Of a stretch of 7,091 nucleotides of DNA, positions 6,069-7,091 are shown in pieces (positions within the stretch are counted from its first letter, which is position 1; every line of letters begins with the position of its first letter). The notes beneath the pieces are model-generated. The model saw only the letters and a program-made list of their open reading frames with translations, ran no database searches and was not told the origin of the DNA. The position numbers were made by a program, and so were the translations under genes. Origin of the DNA: Candidatus Odinarchaeota archaeon (lineage in GTDB: Archaea > Asgardarchaeota > Odinarchaeia > Odinarchaeales > Odinarchaeaceae); assembly GCA_038826135.1 (NCBI GenBank), contig JAWBON010000059.1, positions 1-7,091 of the forward strand. Direction: 5' to 3'.

Positions 6069-6095
6069 AAATAAAAATAAATAAAGGTGAAAAAA

Positions 6096-7091
6096 ATGGC
6101 GCAAGCACCCAAAACTGAAGTAGAACCCGCGCCGATAGAGGAAATGGTAACCGGCAAACCCGTAGTAGTAGACAACGGAACCGGCCTCACTAAAAACGGC
6201 TACGCAGGCGAAGACAGACCCAGATCCGTATTCCCCACAATCATCGGTTATCCAAAATACACCTCAATCATGACAGACGTAGAACACTACACAAGAGAAT
6301 ACTATATCGGCGAGGAAGCCCTCGAACTCCGAGGCGTATTAAAACTAGTCTACCCTGTCGAACACGGCATAATAAAAAGCTGGCCCGCCATGGAGAAAAT
6401 ATGGCACTACACATTCTACACAGACATGAGAATAGACCCATCCGAACACCCCATCCTATTAACCGAACCACCCATGAACCCCAGAACAAACCGTGAAAAA
6501 ATGGCTGAAATCATGTTCGAAACCTTCAACGCACCCGCCATATACGTAGCCATGCAAGCCGTCCTATCACTATACGCATCCGGCCGAACAACAGGCCTCG
6601 TAATCGACTCCGGAGACGGAGTAACCCACATCGTCCCCATATACGAAGGATTCGCCCTCACACACGCAATCACAAGAGTCGACCTAGGCGGACGCGACAT
6701 AACCGAATACCTAAGAAGACTCCTCAGACAAAGAGGATACACCCTACAATCCAGCGCAGAAAGAGAAATCGTCCGAGACATAAAAGAAAAACTCTGCTAC
6801 GTAGCCCTAGACCCTGAAAAAGAACTCAAACTAGCACAAAAAGTCAGCGAAATGGAAAAAACCTACATGCTACCAGACGGAGCACCCCTAACAATAGGAG
6901 CTGAAAGATTCCTAGCACCAGAAGTCTTCTTCAACCCAGGAGTAATAGGACTCGAAGCCCAACCACTAGACGAAGTAATCGTCCAAACAATCGAAAAATG
7001 CGACGTAGACCTAAGACGAGACCTATACAGCAACATAGTCCTATCCGGCGGCTCAACAATGTTCCCAGGACTAAAAGAAAGACTAACCAAA
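6096..7091 (+). CDS. Asgard (Lokiactin-type) eukaryote-like actin, partial (332 codons; C-terminus beyond the right edge)
   Basis: My translation: [53 protein letters not shown]...[19 protein letters not shown]...[69 protein letters not shown]...[19 protein letters not shown]...LPDG...IGAERF...[24 protein letters not shown]. All actin ATPase motifs are present, with long stretches identical to eukaryotic actin. SD GGTGA (6086-6090) 5 nt upstream. Missed by the ORF track because it has no stop in the window. Confidence 0.98.
   Translation, partial: MAQAPKTEVEPAPIEEMVTGKPVVVDNGTGLTKNGYAGEDRPRSVFPTIIGYPKYTSIMTDVEHYTREYYIGEEALELRGVLKLVYPVEHGIIKSWPAMEKIWHYTFYTDMRIDPSEHPILLTEPPMNPRTNREKMAEIMFETFNAPAIYVAMQAVLSLYASGRTTGLVIDSGDGVTHIVPIYEGFALTHAITRVDLGGRDITEYLRRLLRQRGYTLQSSAEREIVRDIKEKLCYVALDPEKELKLAQKVSEMEKTYMLPDGAPLTIGAERFLAPEVFFNPGVIGLEAQPLDEVIVQTIEKCDVDLRRDLYSNIVLSGGSTMFPGLKERLTK

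Noticed and set aside
6268-7090. Minus-strand ORFs 6268..6489, 6416..6781 and 6863..7090
   Set aside because: Antisense shadows of the actin gene; no motifs.
1-7091. CRISPR array, IS/transposase, integrase, tRNA or rRNA
   Set aside because: None seen. The CARF-like domain alone does not imply a cas locus in this window.

Overview
AT-rich archaeal window, almost certainly from an Asgard archaeon: it carries a eukaryote-like Lokiactin-type actin, and GGTGA Shine-Dalgarno motifs sit 5-6 nt before most starts. Left to right: (i) four minus-strand genes - a secreted, N-glycosylation-rich surface protein running off the left edge (missed by the ORF track), a 170-aa hypothetical protein, a membrane-tethered wHTH regulator with about 5 TM helices, and a signal-peptide/C-terminal-anchor surface glycoprotein; (ii) a plus-strand MntA-HepT (MNT/DUF86-HEPN) toxin-antitoxin pair followed by an unannotated degenerate second HepT copy; (iii) a minus-strand PadR-like wHTH + CARF-like regulator transcribed divergently from (iv) an actin gene at 6096 that runs off the right edge (also missed by the ORF track). 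Most notable: a candidate cyclic-oligonucleotide-sensing (CARF) regulator head-to-head with actin, sharing a 172-bp intergenic region with several palindromes; and an extreme strand-specific A/C versus G/T wobble skew across both divergent genes. All family assignments come from motif recognition by eye; no searches were run.
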